Below are positions 48,148-57,704 of a DNA stretch of 64,000 nucleotides, one piece after another. How positions within the stretch are numbered: the first letter of the stretch is position 1; each line of letters opens with the position of its first letter. This DNA comes from a virus. The notes beneath the pieces were generated by a model. The model did not search any database, had not been told where the DNA came from, and was given only the letters and a program-made list of their open reading frames with translations. The DNA lies in IMG/VR virus record IMGVR_UViG_3300009514_000888, positions 32,001 through 96,000 of that record; one strand, 5' to 3'. The translations under genes were made by a program, and so were the position numbers.

Positions 48148-48738
48148 ATGGCTCTCATTGAGATTTACCATGTAGTTGCTGACTTCTTCGATGTTAACCC
48201 CCTCGCCGATTGGACGGCAACTGAAGGGCAATGGGGTTCCCTCGTCGAACAAGGCGGCAAAACCTATGTCGAACCAGCCGGTGCGACTTCAAACGTTATG
48301 GGTTGCTTAGGCGACTCGCGTTTGACCAATACCGCTGGCACGCCATATGCAGCCGATCTGATCATTGGCGCTCACCAGCCCAATCCCACGACTGGCAAGT
48401 CCCGTTCAACCCAGAACCGTGTAAGCGATAGCTTTGACGAAACTCTTGCCTCCGGCAAGATGACCGTCTATCACGGCGGCGGAAAGTTCGCGACTGACCA
48501 GTTCGAAACGTTGACTGGCGGCAACCCAATCGATTACAACCCAGGACAAGCCCTCTATGTTAGCGCTAATGCTAACCTGACTAACGTCGGAACGAGCGGC
48601 ACAAACCCGCGAGTTGGCTTCCTCGTTGAAGGTCCGAAAGACTTCCCAAGCGGAGTCCCAGGTACCGATACGCCGGATGGCTCGCTCTCTCTGGGCAGTT
48701 ATGTCACCTTTGTGATGGACATCCAGAATCCCGACTAA
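48148..48738 (+). CDS. Head decoration/minor capsid-like protein
   Basis: Position directly upstream of the capsid gene; beta-rich with SGKMTVYHGGGKFATDQFE. Confidence 0.6.
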   Translation: MALIEIYHVVADFFDVNPLADWTATEGQWGSLVEQGGKTYVEPAGATSNVMGCLGDSRLTNTAGTPYAADLIIGAHQPNPTTGKSRSTQNRVSDSFDETLASGKMTVYHGGGKFATDQFETLTGGNPIDYNPGQALYVSANANLTNVGTSGTNPRVGFLVEGPKDFPSGVPGTDTPDGSLSLGSYVTFVMDIQNPD

Positions 48739-48835
48739 TTTGTAATAATTAGATTCGGACTAAAAAAAGAATCATCAAATTGCTCCTTGAGGTTTGGAAA
48801 CGAATATTCAAGGGTAATTGATAGGAGAAAGACAA

Positions 48836-48965
48836 ATGAGTCTTGCTAAGAATGGTCTTTCAGACCAAGATAAGGAAATGGTTATTGCCCAAGCGCTGAA
48901 TACCGACGAAGGTCGCACAGCTCTTGCCCAGGCAATGGTAGAGCCTATCCGCCGCTCGCTTGAGT
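48836..48965 (+). CDS. Major capsid protein exon 1
   Basis: RBS AGGAGA. Reads MSLAKNGLSDQDKEMVIAQALNTDEGRTALAQAMVEPIRRSLE plus T. Missing from the ORF track (43 codons). Confidence 0.9.
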
Positions 48966-50060
48966 AGATTGATGCTCCTCGTATTGGCAACAATATGAGC
49001 AAACTCGGCTTATTTGCGTGAAACCTAAATCTGAAAAGATATGGTAATACGCAGGGAAGTCTAAAGGAAACTATGATAAACGCAATCTCAAAACCTAATT
49101 ACCAAGACGTTCGCAGTATGTATTGCGAGCAGGGGTATACGTTTGCAGAAATCGCAAATGAATACGAATGCAGCTCGTCTATGATTAGAAAGATTGCGAA
49201 AAGGCATAACATCCCCATTATGAGGGGAAGAAGTAAAACAAGAAAAGTTATTGTTCAAAAATCCAAAATATCACTAGCTCTAACAAGAAATGATATTGAA
49301 CGATTTGGAAACGCCTTCTCCAGACAAGCATATGAGATGTCTATGGGATCGCTCCTGGGAGATGCGTTTTTGAAGGTAAGGCAAAATAAGTATAATTCAA
49401 GGTATAATATTTATTTTGCCCATTCTGTTGATCAGAGGCATTACCTGGAATACAAGAGAGAATTTTTCTCTGATGAAGAAGCCAATGATATCAGAATCGA
49501 ATACAGGGACAATAATGATACTTATATCAAAGGGAAAAAAGTCAACCAGAAAGACTTGGTAGTTTTTTCAACCAAGTCATACAATTTAAGTAATCTTCAT
49601 AGAATGTTATATAAAAACAATGTTAAACGCATTACGATGGAATACTTGAAATTGCTTACTCCATTATCTTTGGCTACATGGTACATGGATGATGGCAGCT
49701 ATAATAAGCAAAATCGTTTGATTAGAATCGCTACAATGTGTTTCACTAATAAAGAAAATAACATACTCAAGGATTACTTCTATAACAGGTTGAAAATGCC
49801 ATGCTTTCTTGAAAAAGTTAATTGTGGACATGGTCGTTCAATTGTATTAACACAAAACTCTACAAGAAAGTTCTTGGCTCTTATATATCCTTATGCCTGC
49901 AAGATGATGCAATACAAGTTTCCTAATGACCCCTCAGAGACTCTGAAAGCTGTTACGACAGTGAGTAAGGAAGCGCTCGCAAGAGTCGCTTAATAGCGCT
50001 GGGCATCCGTATAACGGATGATGATATAGTCCAACCCTCAATGAAAATTGAGAATAGTTG
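48966..50060 (+). mobile_element. Group I intron 1 in the major capsid gene
   Basis: Exon ends in U and intron ends in G. P1 GAGU/GCUC (48974-48977). P10 UUGAU pairs with exon 2 AUCAA. Core motifs CCCTCAGAGACT and GATATAGTCC. Confidence 0.93.
49073..49993 (+). CDS. Intron-encoded LAGLIDADG homing endonuclease with N-terminal HTH
   Basis: Motifs MGSLLGDA and LATWYMDDG. Confidence 0.9.
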   Translation: MINAISKPNYQDVRSMYCEQGYTFAEIANEYECSSSMIRKIAKRHNIPIMRGRSKTRKVIVQKSKISLALTRNDIERFGNAFSRQAYEMSMGSLLGDAFLKVRQNKYNSRYNIYFAHSVDQRHYLEYKREFFSDEEANDIRIEYRDNNDTYIKGKKVNQKDLVVFSTKSYNLSNLHRMLYKNNVKRITMEYLKLLTPLSLATWYMDDGSYNKQNRLIRIATMCFTNKENNILKDYFYNRLKMPCFLEKVNCGHGRSIVLTQNSTRKFLALIYPYACKMMQYKFPNDPSETLKAVTTVSKEALARVA

Positions 50061-50095
50061 ATCAAGCGGTCGGACGTAAGCTGCTGATGGTGGAT
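50061..50095 (+). CDS. Major capsid protein exon 2 (35 nt)
   Basis: Reads (T)AT CAA GCG GTC GGA CGT AAG CTG CTG ATG GTG GAT = YQAVGRKLLMVD. Confidence 0.9.
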
Positions 50096-50510
50096 TAACC
50101 TAAAAAGCTTGTCCACCTAGAATCGCGAGATTCTATCAAAAAAACCAGACTCATATCGGGGAAACCTAAATCGAAAGATAAGGCAATCCCGAGGGAAGTT
50201 TAAGGAAAGTTCTTGAAGGTTCACAATGAGTAAGAAATACGAAATTAACACTGATAAAGTCATTTCTTCTTATATGGAGAAGAATATGACCATGAAAGAG
50301 ATAGCATCTCAATATGGATGTCATCGTAGTGTTATCGCTCGTATTCTTAGTATGGCTTACAAGAATAAGCTTTCTGATAACCCCGTAGAGACTTGCCCAG
50401 ATATGGGCAGAGTGTCAGTACTGAAATGTTCTGATGCTAATACGTCTGGCTCTTCCTCTTATTGGAAGATGATGGTATAGTCCACGGCTCCCGAAAGGGA
50501 TGACCGATTG
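50096..50510 (+). mobile_element. Group I intron 2 in the major capsid gene
   Basis: IGS GUCCACC (50111-50117) pairs with exon end GGUGGAU. P10 AAGCUU pairs with exon 3 GAGCUU. Core motifs CCCGTAGAGACT and GGTATAGTCC; terminal G. Confidence 0.92.
50226..50480 (+). pseudogene. HTH-only remnant of an intron homing endonuclease
   Basis: HTH MTMKEIASQYGCHRSVIARIL resembles the N-termini of the neighbouring intron ORFs; no nuclease domain. Confidence 0.6.
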
Positions 50511-50688
50511 GAGCTTCCACAAGGCGCTCTTGCTCGTTACGAGCGAGACGTTGCCTCCATCGCTCACGTCGTTTCTCGTCGCGGCGCAGTGCCCGACCAG
50601 ATCGTCGAAGGCGAAGAAATCCTCGTTCCTACTTTCGAAATCGCCGCGAACCCCACGGTTCGTCTTAGCGAAATCAAGGCACGCCGCT
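50511..50688 (+). CDS. Major capsid protein exon 3
   Basis: Reads ELPQGALARYERDV...FEIAANPTVRLSEIKARR plus T. Confidence 0.92.
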
Positions 50689-51722
50689 TAATGACGATTT
50701 AAGTAGAGGTGGCGTTAAATCCGACCAAATGCTGGAAACCCCTTAGAGCCTTGAATACCAAAGCGTAACAATTTCAAGGATTGGGCAATCAGCAGGAAAG
50801 AACCCGAAAGCATTATGAAACTTATAGAACAACAAGACAAGATAGTAAGAATGTATTTGGATGAAAAGAAATCCATTCGCGCTATTGCTAGACTTTTGGA
50901 TTGTTCTATGTCTGGGATCAAAAGTATTTTGCATAAAAATAATGTCAAGATGAGAAATAAGTGTGAATCTCTAAATTTGTGCCCAGATAGTTTCAGCGAG
51001 GAAGAATTTGATATTGTATTCGGAACTACGCTTGGAGATGGACATATCACCAAGAAGAGAGGACCGAAAGGCGAATGCCAACTATATGTTGGTCATGGCT
51101 TGAAGCAAAGCGATTACTTAAACTGGAAGTACCAGAAAATGTTGCGCTTTGTTTCCGGTATGCCATATGAGCTAAAGCATTACTTGAAATCGAATAAGAA
51201 GACCTATATAACATTGAACTTTATTACTAGAAAAAGTTCATTGTTTACAAAGATGAGAGAAGCCTTTTATCCAGAAGGAAAAAAGGTAATCCCCTGCGAT
51301 TTCGAAGATAAGATTAATGCAAAATCATTAGCTATTTGGTATATGGATGATGGATATAGGTATAAGAACAAAAACAATATCGAAATTCATACTCAATGCT
51401 TTACTCATGAAGATCAATTAAGAATATTGAAAATTCTTAAGAAGAAGTTTGGAATAGTATCTCACATAAGAACCCTTCCCACAAGAAAAGAGATTGTATT
51501 TATACCCTCTGCATCTTGCGGTAAGTTTCTACAAGTTGTGAATGATCATATTGTTCCAAGCATGAGATATAAAGGGTTATCCTCAGAGGCTATTACGTCG
51601 GACATGCTCCTAAAAAAGCATGAAGATAGAGTCCGTTCTGCCAGGAAACTGGTAGAGATAACCTAACGGTTATCTGCCCAAAGAATCCAGATATGGATCA
51701 TGGGTGCAAAAATAACATTAAG
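50689..51722 (+). mobile_element. Group I intron 3 in the major capsid gene
   Basis: IGS GGUGGCG (50708-50714) pairs with exon end CGCCGCU. P10 GUAGA pairs with UUUAC. Core motifs AATGCTGGAAA, AATCAGCAG, TCAGAGGCT and GATAGAGTCC; terminal G. Confidence 0.92.
50815..51666 (+). CDS. Intron-encoded LAGLIDADG homing endonuclease with N-terminal HTH
   Basis: Motifs FGTTLGDG and LAIWYMDDG. Confidence 0.9.
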   Translation: MKLIEQQDKIVRMYLDEKKSIRAIARLLDCSMSGIKSILHKNNVKMRNKCESLNLCPDSFSEEEFDIVFGTTLGDGHITKKRGPKGECQLYVGHGLKQSDYLNWKYQKMLRFVSGMPYELKHYLKSNKKTYITLNFITRKSSLFTKMREAFYPEGKKVIPCDFEDKINAKSLAIWYMDDGYRYKNKNNIEIHTQCFTHEDQLRILKILKKKFGIVSHIRTLPTRKEIVFIPSASCGKFLQVVNDHIVPSMRYKGLSSEAITSDMLLKKHEDRVRSARKLVEIT

Positions 51723-52252
51723 TTTACATCGTAGATAGAGCCCAGATTAAGGCCAAAGAAGCTATCCAGAAGGAAGAAGATACGAATATCTTTAATGCGC
51801 TGATCGCTGCCGCCGATACTCGCGGCGACCAGGTTGTGACGAACGTTGGTACCCTTACCATCGCTAGCCTCAATACTGCGTTCCGCTTGATTGAACAGCA
51901 CGACTTAGTGGCTGCGAAGATTGTCCTGCATGCCAACCAGTATGCTTCCGTAAGAACGTTCGGAAAAGATTTCTACGATGAGGCGACAACTCGAGAAATC
52001 ATCACGACAGGACTTTACGGACACCTGTGGACGGCTGACCTGCATGTTTCTTCCAGAATGGATTCAAATACTGTTCTGGTAGTAGCTTCCGCAGAGAATG
52101 TTGGCGCATTCCCAATCAGGCAGGATATTACTGTCCTTCCTGCTGACGATCCAAAGAAATTAAGATTGGGTTGGGTGATCTACGAGGAAGTAGGAATTGT
52201 TGTAGTCAACGACTACGCAATCTCCAAGATTGACGTTTCCGCTGCTACCTAA
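51723..52252 (+). CDS. Major capsid protein exon 4
   Basis: Reads (T)TT TAC ATC GTA = FYIVDRAQIKAKEAIQKEED...GWVIYEEVGIVVVNDYAISKIDVSAAT*. The four exons total 873 nt, giving 290 aa. Confidence 0.92.
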
Positions 52253-52278
52253 TAGACTTACGTAAAACTGAATACCTC

Positions 52279-52307
52279 AAAGCCCCCAAATTAGGGGGCT
52301 TTTTTTT
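52279..52307 (+). terminator. Rho-independent terminator after the capsid gene
   Basis: AAAGCCCCC-AAATTA-GGGGGCTTT followed by a T run. Confidence 0.9.
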
Positions 52308-52356
52308 AACTCTTTCGTATATAACTTTTTTCCAAATATCTCTTTATATATAACTT

Positions 52357-53583
52357 TTGCTAAAGAGTAGTTGTGATTTAGTCGATGGTAGTGTTATGTC
52401 TAAGGCAGGTAAGATTAAGGTTCTTTTTCCCCATCTTTATCAGGAGCTAGATCGTTTTTCTAATAAGGGTATAGATTTGGATGGATTAACATCTGGCTCC
52501 AATGCATACGTTTGGTGGAGATGTGTCTATGGTCACTCTTGGAAAGCCCAGGTCTATAATCGTGTTAAGGGGACAGGATGCCCTTACTGCTCTGGAAATG
52601 CCATATCAGACAATAGTCTACAAAAGAAGCAACCTGACTTGGCTTCTCAATTCTGTAAGATCAAGAACGATCTGTCTCCAGACGAGATTTCTTTCTGTAG
52701 TAATAAGAAGGTTTGGTGGAAGTGTTCTAAGGCGGATGATCACGTTTGGAAGGCAACGCCCAATGATCGAAACAAAGCATCTGGGTGTCCTTTTTGTTCT
52801 GGTCGCCGAGCATCGAAAGATAATAATTTGCTAGATAAATACCCTGAAATTGCTAATCAATGGCATCCTACAAAAAATGGCGCATTAACACCCTCAGATT
52901 TGACGCCAGCTAGCGGGAAGAAAGTGTGGTGGAAGTGTAAGGTAGCTAGCGACCATGAGTGGCTTGCCTCTCCTAACACAAGAATCAATATGACAAACAG
53001 TTTAAGCTGTCCATTTTGCACAGGTCGCAAGGTGTGTAATTCGAATTGCCTGTCTACCACTCACGAGTTTTTACTAGATAGTTGGGATTTTAAGAAGAAT
53101 GAGATATCTCCTACAGAAATAACTTATTCTTCTCATAAAAAGATTTGGTGGATATGCGACAAGAAGCATAGTTGGTGTGCAAATGTATATAGTAGATCAG
53201 CAGGGAAGGGGTGCCAGCAATGCAATTTATCCAAAGGCGAGGCAAAGGTTGCTAAAGTTTTGTCTGACATGGGGATGTACTTCCAAAAAGAGTATAGATT
53301 TAAGAAATCCAAGATTCCCAGGAGAAAGTTTGATTTTGCGGTGTTTAATCAATCTATCCATTTGATAGAGTATCATGGGATTCAGCATTATGAGCCTGTT
53401 TCTTTTGGCTCTAAGACAGTTAAGGGGCAACAAACTCTAAAAAGAATTCAGCATAGGGATCAACTGAAGAGGGAATGGGTATTGGATAATGGTTATCCTC
53501 TTTTAGAGATACCCTATTGGGATTTTGATCAAATAGAACACTTAATAAGAGATTTTCTTTATGAGCGAAAGAAAGATTCATAA
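52357..53583 (+). CDS. Zn-ribbon-repeat (DUF4379-like) protein with C-terminal PD-(D/E)xK/Vsr-like nuclease; putative homing endonuclease
   Basis: Four VWW.C...H.W.A....R....CP.C repeats, then SKGE...FDFA...IEYHG.QHY. AT-rich. Confidence 0.8.
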   Translation: MLKSSCDLVDGSVMSKAGKIKVLFPHLYQELDRFSNKGIDLDGLTSGSNAYVWWRCVYGHSWKAQVYNRVKGTGCPYCSGNAISDNSLQKKQPDLASQFCKIKNDLSPDEISFCSNKKVWWKCSKADDHVWKATPNDRNKASGCPFCSGRRASKDNNLLDKYPEIANQWHPTKNGALTPSDLTPASGKKVWWKCKVASDHEWLASPNTRINMTNSLSCPFCTGRKVCNSNCLSTTHEFLLDSWDFKKNEISPTEITYSSHKKIWWICDKKHSWCANVYSRSAGKGCQQCNLSKGEAKVAKVLSDMGMYFQKEYRFKKSKIPRRKFDFAVFNQSIHLIEYHGIQHYEPVSFGSKTVKGQQTLKRIQHRDQLKREWVLDNGYPLLEIPYWDFDQIEHLIRDFLYERKKDS

Positions 53584-55255
53584 CTACGAGTCTGTCATCT
53601 TGGTAGAAAAAACAATCCAAGATGAAGGATATAACCCGAACAAACTGGGAAGAACATCTAGGAAGTTCATATGGGCATCTTGCCGTGTATGCGGGGAATC
53701 TCATCGCATTCGTAAGGGATTCTATAATAAGGCAGGATCGGCATGTCATAAAGAGTGTAGGATGCAGGAACAGTCCCAATTCGGCTCTCCTTTTTCTGAT
53801 CCAAAGGTGAAAAAGAAAGCTCAGGAGAATAGGACCAGGAACATATCTCAAAAAGAATTGAACAGACGCATATCTATAGGCCGGAAAAAGGCTCAGTCTA
53901 AGATAGAAGAAACCAACATGCAGAAGTATGGTGTCAGAAATACATTCCAATCTGGAGAAATTAAGGAGAAGATAAAAAAGACTAATTTGGATAGGTATGG
54001 GGTGGCTCATCCTATGCAGTCAGAGGATATTGCGTCCAGGGCGAAGGGAACAGTTAGAGAAAAGTATGGGGTTGACAATGTAATGCAATCCGAGCCGATA
54101 CGGTCTAAGGCAATTGAAACCAATAAGCAGAGATATGGGGTTGCAAATCCTATGCAAGATAAGGATATCTCAGAGAAATCTAGAGCTGGATTTCAAACTG
54201 CTGTAGACGAAGACCTTAATGACAATTATCGACTTATCAATACTTTGAGAGGTGATGATTTTTGGAACAAAATGGCAGAAGAAGAGTTAACCCTTAAAGA
54301 GTTATGTGATTTTTTTGATATTAATTATCAAAGCGCAACTTATAGGCTTGTTCAAGATGAATTCAGAGACAAGTATCATAAAACATATCATTTTCCAAAG
54401 CACCAGGAGCAAATGAGCATATGTAGAATGATTGAGTCTTGCGGGGTAAAGGTGGATGCTAATACCAGGCAAGTTATACCTCCGCTGGAGATAGATATAT
54501 ATTGTCCTGAATCAAAGCTTGCTATTGAATTCAATGGAAGCTATTGGCATTCTGAGGCTTTTTTAGACAGTAGTCAATCAAGGCATAAGCATATAGAGAA
54601 AACCAGAATGTGCAGGGAGAAGGGGATAGAGCTGATTCATGTATTTGAGCATACTTATAGAGAGCGTAAAGATCAAATATTAGGATTCATTCAATCCGCC
54701 CTTGGATCAAATACGGTTAGAATTCATGCTAGAAAATGTAATATTACTCACAATGATTCTTCATGGTTTATGAACAAACATCATGTTCAGGGATCGACCA
54801 AGAGCATTAAGTATTTTAATCTTGAATATGATGGAGAGATAGTTGGGTCTATGACTGCGGGCAAGCATCATGAAAAGGGGGGAGACAGGATGGCATGCGT
54901 ATTAAATAGACTAGCTTTCAAGAGAGGTGTTACTATTCAGGGAGGATCAGGTAGGTTATTCAAATACTTTAGGCAATGGGCCAAAGGAGAGGGATATGAT
55001 CAGATCATTAGTTGGTCAGATTCATCCTTAACCAGTGGCAAGGTATACAATACATTGGGATTTAATATGGAGGTTGAGCATGCCCCTGGATATTTCTATT
55101 TTGACATGAAAAATGGCCGATATTTGAGTCGTCAGTCTCAAAGAAAAACCAATAAGTTGAGGCCAGATGGCGTGACTATTAGAGAATGGAATAGAGCGAG
55201 AGGATTATATCCAATATGGGATTGCGGAAAGAAAAAGTGGACATATCATCTTTAG
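53561..55255 (+). CDS. Hef-like homing endonuclease with KYGV repeats and C-terminal GNAT-like domain
   Basis: Repeats T..[KR]YGV..P.Q, nuclease LEIDIY...LAIEFNGSYWHS, and C-terminal IHARKC...GG..RLF...YNTLGF...IWDCG. Confidence 0.75.
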   Translation: MSERKIHNYESVILVEKTIQDEGYNPNKLGRTSRKFIWASCRVCGESHRIRKGFYNKAGSACHKECRMQEQSQFGSPFSDPKVKKKAQENRTRNISQKELNRRISIGRKKAQSKIEETNMQKYGVRNTFQSGEIKEKIKKTNLDRYGVAHPMQSEDIASRAKGTVREKYGVDNVMQSEPIRSKAIETNKQRYGVANPMQDKDISEKSRAGFQTAVDEDLNDNYRLINTLRGDDFWNKMAEEELTLKELCDFFDINYQSATYRLVQDEFRDKYHKTYHFPKHQEQMSICRMIESCGVKVDANTRQVIPPLEIDIYCPESKLAIEFNGSYWHSEAFLDSSQSRHKHIEKTRMCREKGIELIHVFEHTYRERKDQILGFIQSALGSNTVRIHARKCNITHNDSSWFMNKHHVQGSTKSIKYFNLEYDGEIVGSMTAGKHHEKGGDRMACVLNRLAFKRGVTIQGGSGRLFKYFRQWAKGEGYDQIISWSDSSLTSGKVYNTLGFNMEVEHAPGYFYFDMKNGRYLSRQSQRKTNKLRPDGVTIREWNRARGLYPIWDCGKKKWTYHL

Positions 55256-55647
55256 CAGATGATGATATTGTATCGTTGATTCAGGATAATTTAACTCCTG
55301 ATTTATTGAAGTCAAAGTTCCGAGGCAAGTCTGAAAACAGGCTTTGGGGTCATTGCTACGTGGCAAGTGAGACTTTCTATCATTTGCGCGGCGGGAAAGA
55401 GTTGTATCAGGTGAAGAGAATGAAGGTTGGGAAAGTTAATCATTGGTTTTTGCTCAGAAAAGAAGATGAAGAGATAGTGGATATTACGTCTGGTCAGTTT
55501 GATTTTGAATTAGATTATTCGACGGCGATTAATGCTGTATTTTTGACCAAGAACGCAAGCAAAAGGGCTAAGGTTTTGATTGAGAGAGTTGAGTCATGGA
55601 TACTGGCTGAAACAGGGAACAGATGGAGGAATGGGGCTTTCCAATGA
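55216..55647 (+). CDS. Hypothetical protein with possible papain/transglutaminase-like Cys-His-Asp
   Basis: Motifs GHCYVASE, NHWFL and IVDIT. The true start is uncertain. Confidence 0.55.
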   Translation: MGLRKEKVDISSLADDDIVSLIQDNLTPDLLKSKFRGKSENRLWGHCYVASETFYHLRGGKELYQVKRMKVGKVNHWFLLRKEDEEIVDITSGQFDFELDYSTAINAVFLTKNASKRAKVLIERVESWILAETGNRWRNGAFQ

Positions 55648-55681
55648 GGTGGGATACTGCCCCTTTGTGGAATTATGAATT

Positions 55682-55717
55682 GAGAACCCCTATTGCTTTA
55701 GCATAGGGAGTACGTCA
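55682..55717 (+). mobile_element. IS200/IS605-type right-end hairpin remnant
   Basis: GAGAACCCCTATTGC-TTTA-GCATAGGGAGTACGTCA resembles the GAATCCCC..CTTTAG..GGGAGTACGTCA end pattern. Confidence 0.55.
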
Positions 55718-55722
55718 GAAAG

Positions 55723-56733
55723 ATGAATACGAATAAAGTTTTAGAATGGTACGCCAAGTATATCTGGCCTGCTCATCGCAAGGTCGCCAGGGGACTATCT
55801 CGTCGCTGCAATAATTGTATTATCTCAGAGAAGCAGTCAAGGCTCCTAGGAGGGCTTTGCGGGCCATGCATATTGTACGTCCCAGAGGAAAAAGAAGAAT
55901 CTCAGGTAGACCTCCAGGCTTTTGATAGGGAGATGCGATCATATGTCGGAAGCGGCAAGAAATACGATATTGCTTTGATGCTTAGCGGCGGCAAGGACAG
56001 CGCATACATTCTGCATCGATTGAGGCAAGAATATTCTGGCCTGAGAATCGCTTGTATCTTGGTTAACAACGGATTCATGAGTCCAGTTGCCATTGACAAT
56101 GCCAAGCAGACAGCATTGAAGTGCGAAGCTGACTTGATGATTGTTAATTCGTTTATCCCAGAGTTCAAGGCTGCGTTCAGGCAGGCATTTCTGGGACTCA
56201 AAGGTCAGCCGTGTTACGGCGTTGTGGACTATGCGGATGGGAGTCTTGTTTTTCAGGCTGGAGAAAAGATTGCAAAGTCGATGGGTTTGCCCGCCATGAT
56301 TGGCGGCTTGTCTTGGGTACAGGTCGAGATCATTCTGGGGATTGACGGGTTTGAGCAGATTGCAGATGACAATTTCAGGACTCTATTTCCGTTATGGGCA
56401 TGGCGAACGCATGAGCAGGACATCAGGGAGTATGTCCTGGAGCATAGACTTATTCCCAAGGGAAATGATAGTCCGGTTGTCAGTAATAGCCAATTGATCT
56501 TGGCGATGAGCGCGATAGATGTTATGAATTTGGGATATTGCAGTTTTGAGCCAGAATTCGCGAAATTGGTTCGGGAGGGCAAGGCGGACAGGAAAGTGTG
56601 GCTGCATTTGTTTGAGTTATTGGAGTATGGAGTCAAGAAAGGGCATTTGGACAAGGATGTTAAGGCGACATTGGCGAAGTTAGATTTATCCTTGGAAGAG
56701 GTAGTCGGACATTGGAGCTCAAAGCCTATGTAA
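55723..56733 (+). CDS. PP-loop ATPase, N-acetyl-sugar amidotransferase-like
   Basis: N-terminal RRCNNC...CGPC and PP-loop MLSGGKDS. Confidence 0.75.
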   Translation: MNTNKVLEWYAKYIWPAHRKVARGLSRRCNNCIISEKQSRLLGGLCGPCILYVPEEKEESQVDLQAFDREMRSYVGSGKKYDIALMLSGGKDSAYILHRLRQEYSGLRIACILVNNGFMSPVAIDNAKQTALKCEADLMIVNSFIPEFKAAFRQAFLGLKGQPCYGVVDYADGSLVFQAGEKIAKSMGLPAMIGGLSWVQVEIILGIDGFEQIADDNFRTLFPLWAWRTHEQDIREYVLEHRLIPKGNDSPVVSNSQLILAMSAIDVMNLGYCSFEPEFAKLVREGKADRKVWLHLFELLEYGVKKGHLDKDVKATLAKLDLSLEEVVGHWSSKPM

Positions 56734-57704
56734 CGGGAGCGACCGGCTGCGTAGGTCGCAATCTGATTGATGCGTTGCTTTCGAGCGGATGGGACACTAC
56801 TGTCCTTCATCGCAAAACATCTGATCTTTCTCGATTAGATGAATGCAACGTCAAGTTCAGAGAAGTCAATCTTTACGATCTGGAATCGGTTCGCTCGGCT
56901 ATCCCAGAGGACGTGAATGCGCTGTTTCATGTGGCTGGTAGCACATCATATTGGTGGAAAGATCGCAAGCAGCAATGGAAGGATAACGTTCTTGCAACGC
57001 GCAACCTTGTTCATATTGCGATTGAGAAGAAGGTAGGTAGATTCATTTTTACGTCCACAGGAGCAACTTGGTCTTATCATGATACAGTCAAGACCCATCG
57101 GGAAGCGAAGAAGAAGATTGGCATTTCATATGTGCGCACGAAGCGGATGGCGGAGATAGAAATTGAGCAAGGTATAAAGAGCGGGTTGGACGCAGTGATA
57201 CTGAACCCTGTGATTGTTCTGGGCAAGTATGATTATAGCACGTATTCCAGCCTCTTCACGGGTATCAATCGTGGAAAAATTAAGAAGGCATTGCCGGGCC
57301 AGTTCGCTTTTTGTCATGCCGAGGATGTCGCCAGGGCGCACGTGCAGGCATATAAGCATGGCAAGCCTGGGCAACGGTATTGCCTGGACGGACCTTGGGC
57401 GACCTGGCTGGAGGTTTTCTGGAGGATTGCGAGGCTTGCGGGCAGCGATCCTATTATCGAGACGATTCCTGTTTGGCAGGTTAGGCTTACATCGTATGCT
57501 ATGGTTTTCTGGTCGTTTTTCTCAGGCAAGCGTCCGCTCTTGACGCCAGAGATATCATCTCTCTTGGTGAGCGATAATAAGCATACTCCGGAATTGTGGG
57601 AAATGACTGCTATTACAAGGGAGGATTTGGATTATCGATCCAGGCCCATCTCGAATATGATTGAAGATTGCTATTCATGGATGGCGGAAAACGACAGGTT
57701 ATGA
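56712..57704 (+). CDS. NAD-dependent epimerase/dehydratase (extended SDR)
   Basis: Motifs VTGATGCVG, FHVAG and YVRTK (YxxxK). Confidence 0.88.
   Translation: MELKAYVTGATGCVGRNLIDALLSSGWDTTVLHRKTSDLSRLDECNVKFREVNLYDLESVRSAIPEDVNALFHVAGSTSYWWKDRKQQWKDNVLATRNLVHIAIEKKVGRFIFTSTGATWSYHDTVKTHREAKKKIGISYVRTKRMAEIEIEQGIKSGLDAVILNPVIVLGKYDYSTYSSLFTGINRGKIKKALPGQFAFCHAEDVARAHVQAYKHGKPGQRYCLDGPWATWLEVFWRIARLAGSDPIIETIPVWQVRLTSYAMVFWSFFSGKRPLLTPEISSLLVSDNKHTPELWEMTAITREDLDYRSRPISNMIEDCYSWMAENDRL

Noticed and set aside
48962-49022. Amber readthrough at the capsid exon 1/intron 1 boundary (GAG TAG) fusing capsid to the endonuclease
   Set aside because: The readthrough frame hits TGA within about 16 codons. 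The TAG is simply created by the intron boundary.
50508-52252. Track ORFs 50508-50702 and 51836-52252 as separate genes
   Set aside because: They are capsid exons 3 and 4, with apparent starts supplied by intron or internal codons.
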